A DNA stretch of 44,845 nucleotides from an uncultured Thermococci archaeon. GTDB taxonomy: Archaea; CAYQAE01; CAYVLA01. Location of the stretch: positions 1 through 44,845 of the forward strand of contig CAZJVP010000003.1 of assembly GCA_964549615.1 (NCBI GenBank). Direction: 5' to 3'. The position numbers and the translations under genes are program-made. A model generated the notes under the pieces. It had not been told where the DNA came from and made no database searches. It saw nothing but the letters and a program-made list of their open reading frames with translations. Shown here piece after piece: positions 27,983-37,947 of this stretch (the first letter of the stretch is position 1; the number at the start of each line of letters is the position of its first letter).

Positions 27983-29032
27983 ATGCAGGTGCTGAACGTG
28001 AAGCAACTGAACATCGGTTTCGTCGGGTGTGGCTTCATGGGGCAGATAGCCCACATGGCCAACTTCGCTGCCGACCCCAGGTGTAGGATCGTGGCCCTAG
28101 CAGACCTCAGACCCAAATTGGCCGAAATGGTGGCGCGCAAGTATTCCATCCCTAGAGTATACCAGAACCACGAGCGTCTCTTGGAGGACCCGGAGGTTGA
28201 GGCAGTCGTTGAGATAACACAGGACGACTGTCATGCGCCGATAGCGATCGACGCGATGAACGCGGGCAAGCATGTCTACACGGAGAAGCCTTTGACCACC
28301 AACCTGCGAGACGCGCAGACGGTCGTGAGAACCGCGAAGAGGAAGGGCGTCAAGCTAATGGTCAGCTACATGAAGAGGTACGATCCAGGAGTGGAGATCG
28401 CGAAGAACGAAATCGCCAAGGTTCTGAGCGACGGATCACTCGGCGCAGTGACGCTCGCTCGATCCCATGGGTTCGGAGGCAACTGGATATGCAACGTGGG
28501 AAAACCAATCACCACGGACGAACCCGGCCCCGCTGTAAAGAGAGTGAACCCTTCTTGGCTACCGGAGCACCTGGTCAAGGACTATCGCACCTATCTGAAC
28601 GTGTACTGCCACAATATCAACCTTATCAGGTATCTCATAGGCGACCCTGAGAAGGCGAGGTTCTGTTCCTACCATCCGGGTGCGAAGGTGCTCCTGATGG
28701 AATACAAGGACTTCCCAGCGATAGTCGACACGGGCTGGCTTTCGGCGCACTTCTGGGACGAGTGCACGGAAGTCTATCTAAGGGATGGTCGATTCAGGAT
28801 CCTCACGCCGCCGCCGCTCCTAAAGAATGTGCCCGCCGAGGTTGAGATCTACAGGGGCGGATCGCTCCAGACCTACACCCGCCCAGCAGCCCCCTGGGAC
28901 TGGTCCTTCAGAAGATGCGCGGAACACTTCGTCGACTGCGTCCTCAACGACAAGCCGCCCGTGTCATCGGGCGAAGACTCGATGGTCGACATCAAGATCG
29001 TCGAGGAAGCCTTCAGGGGACTCCTAGACTAG
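27983..29032 (+). CDS. Gfo/Idh/MocA family oxidoreductase
   Basis: IGFVGCGFMG, GKHVYTEKPL, YMKRYDP. Confidence 0.92.
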   Translation: MQVLNVKQLNIGFVGCGFMGQIAHMANFAADPRCRIVALADLRPKLAEMVARKYSIPRVYQNHERLLEDPEVEAVVEITQDDCHAPIAIDAMNAGKHVYTEKPLTTNLRDAQTVVRTAKRKGVKLMVSYMKRYDPGVEIAKNEIAKVLSDGSLGAVTLARSHGFGGNWICNVGKPITTDEPGPAVKRVNPSWLPEHLVKDYRTYLNVYCHNINLIRYLIGDPEKARFCSYHPGAKVLLMEYKDFPAIVDTGWLSAHFWDECTEVYLRDGRFRILTPPPLLKNVPAEVEIYRGGSLQTYTRPAAPWDWSFRRCAEHFVDCVLNDKPPVSSGEDSMVDIKIVEEAFRGLLD

Positions 29033-29586
29033 GCCAAGAGCCCTTCCACGAGCTGCCACAGCTCCTCGGGCTTCCCCGGAGACCATTTGGCCCGCGGGAT
29101 CTCTCGGTCAAAGACCCTAAAGGCCCAGCCCAGAGCCGACGTTCGACACGCGCAGACGAGGATCGATTCCATGCGCGCGAGGCTGTCAGCTAATGCCCTG
29201 AGTCCGGGGTATATCCCCTTGCCGGCCACCTCGAGCTTGCCCACCTCGTCGACGAAGGCAATGTCGGGCGCGTTGCTCGGTAGGCCCTCCAGCACGGCGT
29301 TGGCCCTCTTGAACCCTGAACGGGAAAAAAGGTAGCGGGTTCCTCCTTCTCTTTGCCAGTCCGTCCCTTGCACGGTCCCAGGCAAAACGGCAAGGGGAAA
29401 CCTTTCGCCCGTGGCGCAGTCAAGCCCGTCGTAGCCGAGCAACTCGCCCCCGACGATGCGCCTTGGGCTGACTATGCCGCCGGTGCGCATGCAACGGGCC
29501 TTGGCGTTCTCCAGAACGTAGAGACACGACGAACTCTTTCCCGCGCCGATGCCGCCGCTGACGAAGATGATCCTTGCCAAACACAT
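29029..29586 (-). CDS. NTPase (NTPase_1/DUF2478-like P-loop)
   Basis: Walker A GGIGAGKS, Walker B AFVDEVGKLE..GKG. Confidence 0.85.
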   Translation of the reverse strand: MCLARIIFVSGGIGAGKSSSCLYVLENAKARCMRTGGIVSPRRIVGGELLGYDGLDCATGERFPLAVLPGTVQGTDWQREGGTRYLFSRSGFKRANAVLEGLPSNAPDIAFVDEVGKLEVAGKGIYPGLRALADSLARMESILVCACRTSALGWAFRVFDREIPRAKWSPGKPEELWQLVEGLLA

Positions 29587-29753
29587 GCACCGGGCGAGGT
29601 CAACTCGTTTCCGTTTTGCCGGATGAATTTAAAAATGGGCCTCGCCAGCCAGGCGAGAGAATCGGGAATTGCCGCAGCAACGGAGCATCCCGAACCCAAG
29701 CTGAGGCTGCGGTTCGCATCCGCGGCCTAAGCAGGAGAAGGAGAGAGTCACCC

Positions 29754-31016
29754 GTGCTTTCCCTCTTGAGTCCCACGGCGGAGAAATGGGTGGCTGTCAG
29801 CATCTTCATTGCTACTTTCGCTGCGGTACTCTGGCGAAGGGTGCCGATCCACTATCTGTCGCTCGGCGCCGCAGCACTCTTGGTTCTGCTGGGCATCGTC
29901 CCTGCAGACGTGGCTTTGTTCCAGGACGTGAATTGGGATGTCCTTGCTATCTACTTTGGATATGGCGTGTTGGCTGCGGCACTGACGGAGAGCGGCGTCC
30001 CGGCTCTGCTTGCATACCGCATCCTGCTCAAAACCAAGAAGGAGAAGTACGCCCTGCTTCTTCTTAGCGGGGTTGCTGCCGCGCTCTCGGCCTTCATGCC
30101 CAATCCCGTTGTGGTTCTGGCCCTTGCCCCTTTGGCCATCGAAATGGCAGACCGGATGGAATCCCCGCTCTTTCTCTACTTGATTTGCCCCGCACTGGCT
30201 TCAAACGCCGTTACGACCGTCAGCATGGTGGCGGATCCCCCCGCGCTGATCTTGGCGGCCTCCACCGGGATGAGGTTTCTCGATTTTTACTGGTTCAAGG
30301 GGCGCCCAGGCCTGGGGACGTTGTCGGTCATCGCGGTGGCTGTGGCCTTACTGACGTTGCTCGTTCAGCTCAGGAGAATGAACAAGAAAGTTGCCCTCCC
30401 AGCTGAGAAGATCGAGGTCAGCTACGGTGCATCCCTGCTCTTTGTCCTGAGCGTATTGGCGCTGGCCCTGATCCCAACACGTCACCCGGGGATCATCGGG
30501 CTCATCCTCGGGGTTGCATCCATCCTGCTTGTCAGACACAGATGGAGGGCCGTCCTGAGGGAGTTCGACATAAGGTCAATGCTGTTCCTCGCGGGAATAT
30601 TCGTAGTCGTGGGGTCTTTGGACAAGGTTGGGGCGATCATGGATTTCAGCACATGGATCAAGACGATAGGCGCATCGAGCAGTCTGGCGACCTTCGTACT
30701 ACTCGTTTGGATTTCGGTGGGCTTCTCATCGTTCGTGGACAACGTGCCTTACACGGTCCTGATGATACCGACATGCAAGTACCTTGCCCAGATGCTTGGC
30801 ATGAGTCCGTATCCGTTCTACTACGGAATGCTCGTCGGCACCGGAATCGGGGGAAACATCACCCCCGTTGGCGCGACGGCCAACGTCCTAGCCTGCGGGA
30901 TCCTTGAGAAACGCGGCCAGAAGGTGGAGCTGGCGAAGTATCTCAAGATCAGCATCCCCTTCACGTTCGCGGCGGTGCTGGCCGGCCAACTCCTGCTGCA
31001 ATTGTTTTGGTTGTAG
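29754..31016 (+). CDS. ArsB/NhaD/SLC13 family permease
   Basis: VNWDVL, LSAFMPN, SMVADPP, SSFVDNVP, GGNITPVGATANV and multiple TM helices. Confidence 0.9.
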   Translation: MLSLLSPTAEKWVAVSIFIATFAAVLWRRVPIHYLSLGAAALLVLLGIVPADVALFQDVNWDVLAIYFGYGVLAAALTESGVPALLAYRILLKTKKEKYALLLLSGVAAALSAFMPNPVVVLALAPLAIEMADRMESPLFLYLICPALASNAVTTVSMVADPPALILAASTGMRFLDFYWFKGRPGLGTLSVIAVAVALLTLLVQLRRMNKKVALPAEKIEVSYGASLLFVLSVLALALIPTRHPGIIGLILGVASILLVRHRWRAVLREFDIRSMLFLAGIFVVVGSLDKVGAIMDFSTWIKTIGASSSLATFVLLVWISVGFSSFVDNVPYTVLMIPTCKYLAQMLGMSPYPFYYGMLVGTGIGGNITPVGATANVLACGILEKRGQKVELAKYLKISIPFTFAAVLAGQLLLQLFWL

Positions 31017-31035
31017 GGCGTCCAACAGGGCTTCC

Positions 31036-31860
31036 CTAGACGTTCCTTCTCAGGTACTCCAGCCCCTTCCGGTATCCGACGGCGGGGTCCTCCTTTCCCT
31101 CATATTCGACGCACCACACGCCATCGTAGCCAGCCCGATGCAACGCCCTTATGGCCCTCTGTAGGTCCAACTCGCCCTCTCCCAAGGGCATACATACGTA
31201 CTTCTCGCGGGATCCGAACCCGTCCTTCATGTGCGTGTGCAATGTGTACGGTGCGATCAGGTCGTAGAAACGTCCGACCGTTTCTAGGTCATGCCCGAAC
31301 CAACGGTAGTTCATGGTGTCTAGGTTGGCGCCGATGTTCTTCGAAGCCACTCTTTCAAAGATGGCGACCTGCCTGTCGGCGTCGTTCGTCACGAGGCCGT
31401 GATTATCAAGCGCAAGTCGGAGATCGAGCGCCTCCACGAACTCCAAGCACTCCTCGATGCACGTCGATATCGCCTCAACCCAACGATCCTCGGGCACTGA
31501 ATGCTTGGGCCTTCCCCCTTCGGTCCTTATTGTGCTGGTGCCAAGGATCTCCGCTAGGTCACAGATCTTGCGCATCCTCTCGGCCTCGGCCTTCACGAGT
31601 TTGGGATCGAGTTGGACGAAGTCGTTCCCCGCTGCCAAGGCGGATGTCTTCAGTCCGTGAGCGTCCAAGGCACGCCTGAGGTTCTCCGCATTCGACCTCG
31701 CAGATTCAAATGGCTGCGCATCCACCCATATGTCGCCAATCTGGATCTCGACGTAGGAGAAGCCGGTCCTCTGCGCGTAGGACAAGAAATCCTCCATCGA
31801 ATAACCAGGGAAGTTGTAGTGGATCAGACCAAACTTTGGTTGCCGCCTCATTCGCCTCAT
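31036..31860 (-). CDS. Sugar phosphate isomerase/epimerase (xylose-isomerase-like TIM barrel)
   Basis: LALDNHG, NLDTMN, HTHMKD, LGEGELD, CVEYEG. Confidence 0.9.
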   Translation of the reverse strand: MRRMRRQPKFGLIHYNFPGYSMEDFLSYAQRTGFSYVEIQIGDIWVDAQPFESARSNAENLRRALDAHGLKTSALAAGNDFVQLDPKLVKAEAERMRKICDLAEILGTSTIRTEGGRPKHSVPEDRWVEAISTCIEECLEFVEALDLRLALDNHGLVTNDADRQVAIFERVASKNIGANLDTMNYRWFGHDLETVGRFYDLIAPYTLHTHMKDGFGSREKYVCMPLGEGELDLQRAIRALHRAGYDGVWCVEYEGKEDPAVGYRKGLEYLRRNV

Positions 31861-32146
31861 CGGGGATCGCTGCGCAACAGGGCATTTAATCCTTTCCGGG
31901 GCTGCGGCGCGGTTGTTTGGAACCCAGCATACCCCCGGAGAGCTGCGGTCCGACGATCTGCATGATCATGCATAGACGGCTCGCCGGTCGTTGGTTGCGG
32001 TTGCGGCTCCGATGGCAACGCAAACCGGGGTTCAGCCCCTGAGTCCGAGCGCGCATTAGCCTTGGTGCGACCGCGATGGAAGGCTAGCTGGGCGCGTACC
32101 CAGAGTCCAATTTATCAAAGATCGATCTTCGCCCTCCTCTGGTCCA

Positions 32147-33253
32147 ATGTGCGCGAAGGTCTACATGCTGGGTGCCCAGGTCCTTAGGGTCGAAGGGGCG
32201 AGAAGCCCGGTCGTGAGGATCCCGGATCTCCTGGACGCGGCCGGGATCTCGGAGGTCGTCGTGCCGGGAGATCCCGTTGCGATAAAGATGCACCTTGGCT
32301 CCGACGGCGGCAGTAGAACGATCAGGCCAGAGTTCGTTAGAAAGGTGGTCGACAAGGTCAAGCTTCTCGGGGGTAGGCCATTCATCGCCGAGACGTGCCG
32401 GCCGGACGCGATCCAGTACTTGGAGATCGCGAACCAGCGGGGCTACAACGACTCGACCCTCGGCTGTCCGGTCGTGATCGTCGACGGGTTCAAGGGGAAC
32501 GACTTTAGGGACGTTCTGACGGGCGGTCAGATCGTCAAGACGGTCCAGGTCGCTGCTGGCATCTTCCATGCGCCGTCGATGATCGTTTTGAGCCACGTCA
32601 CGGGCCACGGCGACTCAAGCTACGCCGGGGCAATAAAGAACATCGGCATGGGTTGCGTTGCTAGGAGCTCCAAGGGCAAGATCCACAGATCGGTGAACGT
32701 CGATCCGCCGATCTTCCATCCAGACAGGTGTGCGGCGTGCGGCGAATGCGCCAAGGCGTGCAACTACGGTGCTCTAACTCTCGTTCAGCAAAAACCCGTC
32801 ATCAATCCCGTGCTTTGCGAGCGCTGCATGCGATGCACGCGCGCCTGCACCCACGCCGCCCTGGTCCGCCCCGCCCCCACGCGGGAAAACTTCATGCAGG
32901 CCCTGGCAGAAAGCGTCAAAGGCGTCCTCTCTACGTTCGAACCAAGCCGGGTGTTATTCGTCAACTTCGTCGTGGATGTGACACCCCAGTGTGACTGTGC
33001 ACCTTCGCTCGACATCCCCATCGTGCCCGACCAAGGAATCCTTTGCTCAAGGGATCTAGTGTCCCTCGAGCAGGCGTCTTTGGATCTGGTTCGCAGAGCA
33101 CCTGCGATGCCGGGGTCAATCGCCCACGACAGGGGGCTGGGGCCGGGAATGGAGAAGTTTGGCGCATTGCACGGCCTTGACCCCCAGTTCCAGATCGATG
33201 CCGCGCAGAGGCTCGGACTGGGGTCGCGGGACTACGAGCTTGTGCTCATTTGA
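32147..33253 (+). CDS. DUF362 domain Fe-S protein with 2x[4Fe-4S] insert
   Basis: VAIKMHLG, SHVTGH..YAGAIKNIGMGC, CAACGECAKAC, CERCMRCTRAC, TPQCDC, DLVSLEQASLD. Confidence 0.9.
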   Translation: MCAKVYMLGAQVLRVEGARSPVVRIPDLLDAAGISEVVVPGDPVAIKMHLGSDGGSRTIRPEFVRKVVDKVKLLGGRPFIAETCRPDAIQYLEIANQRGYNDSTLGCPVVIVDGFKGNDFRDVLTGGQIVKTVQVAAGIFHAPSMIVLSHVTGHGDSSYAGAIKNIGMGCVARSSKGKIHRSVNVDPPIFHPDRCAACGECAKACNYGALTLVQQKPVINPVLCERCMRCTRACTHAALVRPAPTRENFMQALAESVKGVLSTFEPSRVLFVNFVVDVTPQCDCAPSLDIPIVPDQGILCSRDLVSLEQASLDLVRRAPAMPGSIAHDRGLGPGMEKFGALHGLDPQFQIDAAQRLGLGSRDYELVLI

Positions 33254-34004
33254 ACAATCCGGCAAGAAATGCTGCCAAGGCCCCCAGGTAGGACGCGTCC
33301 AGTGCCAATGCCCGAGCCGCGAAACCCAGAACTGGGGCCTTTGTGGGCGACACAACGGCCATCACGACGACCACCCACCAGATGTTGGTGAACGCTATGA
33401 GCATGACCGAAAGGAACAGCCCTGCCTGCCTGAGGTCGTATTGGTCTGGTGCTTCCCGTGCTGTCCCCGCCACGTGCGATCCGAGGGCGCAGCCGACGAG
33501 GAATACTGCCACTGTCTGGGCCGAGCCTCTCAGGGCCGCCGCGACAAGCATCAACACGATCGGAAACAGCGGGAAGAGGTAGGGACTCAGAGCTATGAGG
33601 AAGTTTCCCCGCGCGTTCGGCTTATAGTAGGAAACGTATCCGCCATGTCTCGTGAACTTGAACTGCTTGATCTTATAGCCGCAGAGCCTTGCGAAAACGG
33701 CGTGGACAAGCTCGTGGCCAACCAGGTGGACGTACCACGCGGCGACGCCTATCTTTGGCATCCGTTCAGCCTTGAAAGCGAGCAACACTCCAAGCGATCC
33801 CCCAAGGACTAGAACGAAACCTAGCTGTCTGGAGAAATCCCACAGCGCCTCGATGGCCGATAAAGGATCCCGCGTGGCGCCCTGAAGGCTGATGCCGAGG
33901 AAGGACGACGCCTGCACGAGCAACGCCGCCGCGAATCCCGGCATCAATATGGCGATTAGAGCTGCGACGATCCATTTGGCGACTCTGTGCCGGGTTAGAG
34001 CCAC
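33246..34004 (-). CDS. M50-like membrane metallopeptidase
   Basis: GHELVHA (HExxH), GGYV, LIALSPY and several TM helices. Confidence 0.75.
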   Translation of the reverse strand: MALTRHRVAKWIVAALIAILMPGFAAALLVQASSFLGISLQGATRDPLSAIEALWDFSRQLGFVLVLGGSLGVLLAFKAERMPKIGVAAWYVHLVGHELVHAVFARLCGYKIKQFKFTRHGGYVSYYKPNARGNFLIALSPYLFPLFPIVLMLVAAALRGSAQTVAVFLVGCALGSHVAGTAREAPDQYDLRQAGLFLSVMLIAFTNIWWVVVVMAVVSPTKAPVLGFAARALALDASYLGALAAFLAGLFK

Positions 34005-34043
34005 GATCCGGCGGCATGATCGGCGCGAATAAAGCTGTGACAG

Positions 34044-35150
34044 CTAGTCCGTCCTTCCCCTAGTGCGCCTCAGGACCCTGCATGCGTCCAAGTATGCCTT
34101 AAGGTTCTCCCACGGGATCGTGTGCGGAAGCTGTCCACCCGCGTTCAGGAAGTAGCCCGGCAGGTGGCCACAGGTCTTAATGCATCTCTCGACCTCCTTC
34201 GCGGCCTGTTCGGGCGCTCCGCCGGTAAGCAACCTAGTGTCCACGTTACCGATGAGGATCTTCTTGCCGCCCCACCGATCTGCCATCCACTTGAGGTCAA
34301 CGTAGGGTTCAAAGATGAACCCATCTGCGCCCGCCGCGAAAACGTCCTCCACGATCTTGGTCACCTGCCCATCGGAGCAGAAAATGACCGGTATGCCGCG
34401 GTCCTTTAGGGGCTCCCAGATCCATGGGTAGAACGGGAAGATGTTCTTCCTGTACCACCCGGGGCTGAATATGGGGCCGTTGCTCATGCATATGTCGTCA
34501 TGGGAGATGAAAACCTCAAGTCCACGAACCTTGGACCAGGCCTCCATGTAGAGCCTCGACAGACCCGCGAACTCCCTCGCCTGCCTCATGAACCGCGAGG
34601 GATCGCGCAGCGCGGCGGTTACGGTCGGTCTCCAGCCGAACAATCCGAGGAACCAGTGGAATAGGGTCGTGTAATGGGCCTCCGCGACCAGAAGGCGGTC
34701 ACCGATTTCCGATTGGTTCTGGTCGTGAAGCCGTTGGAAATCGCGGACGAGATCCTTCATGGACCTCTGCTCGTACGAAGAAACATCGTAGTCAAGCACC
34801 TCCCTAGGAGAGGCGATGGGGCCCTTCCGCATGTGGGCCCCCTCGTGGCACCATCTCGTCGCGAATACGCCCCACGGCTCCAGTCTCGCTCCGTCTTCGT
34901 CTCTCGCCGACGAATCGCTGCCGGGGAGAGAGGCGACGGCCGACTTGTGCTGCAGGCCACCCCAAGAAAGGTCAAGATCCAATGCGTCTATGACGGCCAG
35001 CCCGGCTCGCGCAACATCCTCCAGCGGATCGACGCCCGCGATCTTGATGTACGCCTCCCTGGACATCGGCCAGTACCACTCCACCTGCGGCACGATATCG
35101 GTTTCCTCAAGGTGGATCGCGGACAGGCCCCGCTTGTAAGCCATGTGCAT
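34044..35150 (-). CDS. Uroporphyrinogen decarboxylase / MtaA-CmuA-like superfamily protein
   Basis: HDDICMSNGPIFSP.WYR..IFP, FCSDG, LIGNVD, GYFL..G.QLPHTIP.ENL. Confidence 0.88.
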   Translation of the reverse strand: MHMAYKRGLSAIHLEETDIVPQVEWYWPMSREAYIKIAGVDPLEDVARAGLAVIDALDLDLSWGGLQHKSAVASLPGSDSSARDEDGARLEPWGVFATRWCHEGAHMRKGPIASPREVLDYDVSSYEQRSMKDLVRDFQRLHDQNQSEIGDRLLVAEAHYTTLFHWFLGLFGWRPTVTAALRDPSRFMRQAREFAGLSRLYMEAWSKVRGLEVFISHDDICMSNGPIFSPGWYRKNIFPFYPWIWEPLKDRGIPVIFCSDGQVTKIVEDVFAAGADGFIFEPYVDLKWMADRWGGKKILIGNVDTRLLTGGAPEQAAKEVERCIKTCGHLPGYFLNAGGQLPHTIPWENLKAYLDACRVLRRTRGRTD

Positions 35151-35248
35151 GGGGTTGCATGGCCGCGTTGGAAAAGATTTCCCACTGCGTAGTTCCACTG
35201 GGATCGCAAGCATTATCTTCTTCCTCACCGCCTCCGGATGGGATCCAG

Positions 35249-36148
35249 ATGAGATACGGAGTGGTGCTGCATGGGGCTGGAGTTATCGACGCACCCACCG
35301 CTATGGCGGAGATAGCTCAAGCTGGGTTCACGAGCTTCGAGTATTCATACTCACACCTAGCGAAATTGGAAGCTCGGAGGCGAACCGCCTACGGGGAGTT
35401 GGCTGACAGGGCGTCCGCGTTAGGGCTCGAGCCCGTGCAGATCCACGGCCCGAGCCTGGAGCAAGGATTCGATCTGGGAAGCCCGGACGGCCCGGTCCGC
35501 AAAAGAAGCATCAGGAGAAGCTGCAAGTGGATGGATTACTGTGTTGCTTTAGGTGTCCCCGTCATGATCGAACACGGGTGTGAGTTCCACGAGGACTTCG
35601 GGAAAACCATGGACTGTGTGAAATCGTCTTTCCGGACTATCTCAAGATTGGCCAAGGATAGGGGCATCAAGATTGCCATCGAGAACGAGTTCGACCCAAG
35701 GAACCTCGTGCGCGCAGGAGACGGCCGACGCATGGTGGTGCCAGCTAGGGTGGGCTGCACCATATCCGAGCTCATGGAGGTGATCAACGACGTGGACCCC
35801 GACACGCTCGGAATATGTCTGGACTTCGGGCATGCAAACCTCCAAAGACCGCTCTTTGCCCTCGCAGATGCCGTATCCGAGGCTGGTACACATCTGATCG
35901 CCACACACATACACGACAACGAAGGGCTTAGGGATGATCATCTGTTCCCTCTCATGGGCAACATCGAGTGGGATGCGGCGATCGAGGCTTTGCGTCGGAT
36001 CAACTACCGAAAGCCCCTCGTTCTTGAGGCCGACGGCGGGCTCTCGTCCAAGGATCGGAACACCCGGATGAACCGACTGCGGGCAGCCAATCTCATACTG
36101 CGTGAACTCTGCGGGCCTGAAGGGTGGACGAGGAAGGCCATGACCTAG
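35249..36148 (+). CDS. Sugar phosphate isomerase/epimerase (xylose-isomerase-like TIM barrel)
   Basis: IAIEN, CLDFGHAN, THIHDN.G.RDDHLFP..GNIEW, LVLE. Confidence 0.9.
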   Translation: MRYGVVLHGAGVIDAPTAMAEIAQAGFTSFEYSYSHLAKLEARRRTAYGELADRASALGLEPVQIHGPSLEQGFDLGSPDGPVRKRSIRRSCKWMDYCVALGVPVMIEHGCEFHEDFGKTMDCVKSSFRTISRLAKDRGIKIAIENEFDPRNLVRAGDGRRMVVPARVGCTISELMEVINDVDPDTLGICLDFGHANLQRPLFALADAVSEAGTHLIATHIHDNEGLRDDHLFPLMGNIEWDAAIEALRRINYRKPLVLEADGGLSSKDRNTRMNRLRAANLILRELCGPEGWTRKAMT

Positions 36149-36196
36149 TCCAATCGATCACGCGGATGCCTAGTCCAATCGATCACGCGGATGCCT
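36144..36196. repeat. 25-bp tandem duplication CCTAGTCCAATCGATCACGCGGATG x2
   Basis: Exact copies at 36144-36168 and 36169-36193, followed by CCT. Confidence 0.92.
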
Positions 36197-36647
36197 GCAG
36201 CGACCGAATGCGCCGGACATGGTCTTTCTCTTCAAAAATGATCCTGTCGATCACCGTGGCCGCTGCGCTGGTGACGTACTCCCTTATCGAGTAGTAGAAG
36301 AGCAGGGTTTCCTTCTCAAAGCCTAGCGCAAATTCCAGGATTTGCATGGTCGTCTCAAGGCTGGGGGAGCTGCCCTCGACCAGGTGCTTCAGAACGCTTG
36401 TGCCGACTAGGCTCTCAATGTACGGCGTGGCCTCCTCGGGGATTATCCCTTTTGTTTCGTCCTTGGCGCCTTTTGCGAGAAGCTGCAGGAAGATCTCCGC
36501 ATGTCTCCTCTCATCAGCTGCTAAGACCCCAAGGAGATCCTTGGCTGCTCCCTTCGCCTTGGCCGCCGATCCGCGGTAGAACTTTTCCCCTGCCCTCTCA
36601 ACCTGTATAGCCATCTCCACAAGTTCAAACCGAGTGTAGCCGGGCAC
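36183..36647 (-). CDS. Rubrerythrin-like ferritin family protein (no rubredoxin domain)
   Basis: MAIQVE..GEKFY, DERRH, ALGFEKETLLFY, EEKDH di-iron motifs. GTG start lies 7 nt after the hydrogenase stop. Confidence 0.88.
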   Translation of the reverse strand: MPGYTRFELVEMAIQVERAGEKFYRGSAAKAKGAAKDLLGVLAADERRHAEIFLQLLAKGAKDETKGIIPEEATPYIESLVGTSVLKHLVEGSSPSLETTMQILEFALGFEKETLLFYYSIREYVTSAAATVIDRIIFEEKDHVRRIRSLQASA

Positions 36648-36654
36648 TGTCTCA

Positions 36655-37947
36655 TCACACCCCCTTGCTGAGGTCCACGGCGTGGACTGAACAAGATATG
36701 CATGGATCATAGGCGCGAATGAGCATCTCACACTGCAAGGAAAGGTCTCCTCCCGCGGCGACGACCTTGGGGCAGAAGGCTCTCAGGGAGTCCTCCACGT
36801 GGGCCGAGTTGTGTGCCGTGGGAGGCACAATGTCAGCAGCCGTGACAACTCCGGATTTGTCAAACGTGTAACTGTGGTAAAGAAGGCCTCGCGGGGCCTC
36901 GGTCAGCGCCGCTCCGGAGCAGGGCACGCCCGTCCGGGCCCGGGCGGGCTGCTCCGCCACGTCCAGCCTCAGCTTCCTTATTATTCTTATGCTTTCCTCG
37001 ATCGCGTGCAGGATCTCGACGACCCTTGCCTTGATGTTCATGAAGGGGTCGGTTGATTGAAGATTCAAGTCGATGTCCTTGATCAACTTCCTTGCGCCCG
37101 GGCTCAACTGTTCATGATTCAAGACCACCCGTGCCAACGGCCCAACCATGAAGCTTCCCCTGCCTTTCACGAATGACTGTTTGGCGTTGGAGTAGGCCAC
37201 CTGTCTCTCAAGAATGTAAGACCTGTACTCGGCTTCCGAGGCTTCGAGCCCGAGGTTTGAGACCAACCGGCCCTCGTTCACGGCATACTCGTTCCCGCTT
37301 GATATTGCAACAAGCTCGCTATCGCGATCGACGGCGGGGTAGTCGAATCCCGCGATCGTCTTCACGGTCTCCAAAACCTCCTTCCTCGCACTCTTAAGCC
37401 TCGCAAGTAGCGGCTCCAGTTCCTCCTCCGTGGGGATCTTGGTGAAACCGCCCACTACAGCGGAGATGGGATGAATCGCTCGTCCCCCGACGATCTCACC
37501 GACATCGTTCCCCAGCTTCTTGATTCTAAGCGCAGTCTGCACGATATCCCTGTGCTTCGCAGCCATCGAGATCGCGCCGTCGAAGCCAAGGTAGTCCGGC
37601 GCGGTCAGCATGAAGACGCTAAGAGCATGGCTCTGGATCCAGCCGCTGAGCGCAAGCAGCGTCCTGAGCTGTTTGGTCTGTTGGCTGACCTCAACGCCGA
37701 ACGCATTCTCAACCGCTCTGAGCGCCGTGACCTGGTGTGCAACCGGGCAGATGCCACAGATCCTGGATGCGAGCTCGTGCACTTCGTAGAACTTCCTTCC
37801 CCTTAGGAAGGCCTCAAAGAACCTCATGGGCTCGAAGATCGCAAACTGGCACTTTTTCACGCGCCCTCCCCGGCCCACTTCGACCTTGATCGACCCCTGG
37901 CCCTCCACCCGGGGAACGTAGCAAACGTTGACCTTTTGCGAACTCAA
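36655..37947 (-). CDS. hydA: Group 3b [NiFe]-hydrogenase (sulfhydrogenase) large/alpha subunit
   Basis: RVEG, L1 RICGICPVAH, EAPRG, L2 DPCISCSVH followed by a C-terminal extension. Confidence 0.95.
   Translation of the reverse strand: MSSQKVNVCYVPRVEGQGSIKVEVGRGGRVKKCQFAIFEPMRFFEAFLRGRKFYEVHELASRICGICPVAHQVTALRAVENAFGVEVSQQTKQLRTLLALSGWIQSHALSVFMLTAPDYLGFDGAISMAAKHRDIVQTALRIKKLGNDVGEIVGGRAIHPISAVVGGFTKIPTEEELEPLLARLKSARKEVLETVKTIAGFDYPAVDRDSELVAISSGNEYAVNEGRLVSNLGLEASEAEYRSYILERQVAYSNAKQSFVKGRGSFMVGPLARVVLNHEQLSPGARKLIKDIDLNLQSTDPFMNIKARVVEILHAIEESIRIIRKLRLDVAEQPARARTGVPCSGAALTEAPRGLLYHSYTFDKSGVVTAADIVPPTAHNSAHVEDSLRAFCPKVVAAGGDLSLQCEMLIRAYDPCISCSVHAVDLSKGV

Noticed and set aside
31993-32026. 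Imperfect hairpin GGTTGCGGTTGC/GCAACGCAAACC as ncRNA or riboswitch
   Set aside because: It is short and mismatched, which is expected by chance at this GC content, and has no tRNA or known RNA motif.
36144-36196. CRISPR array
   Set aside because: The copies are directly adjacent with no spacers, and there are no cas genes.
36655-37947. Selenocysteine-containing [NiFeSe] hydrogenase
   Set aside because: The L2 motif is DPCISC encoded by Cys codons, with no in-frame TGA.
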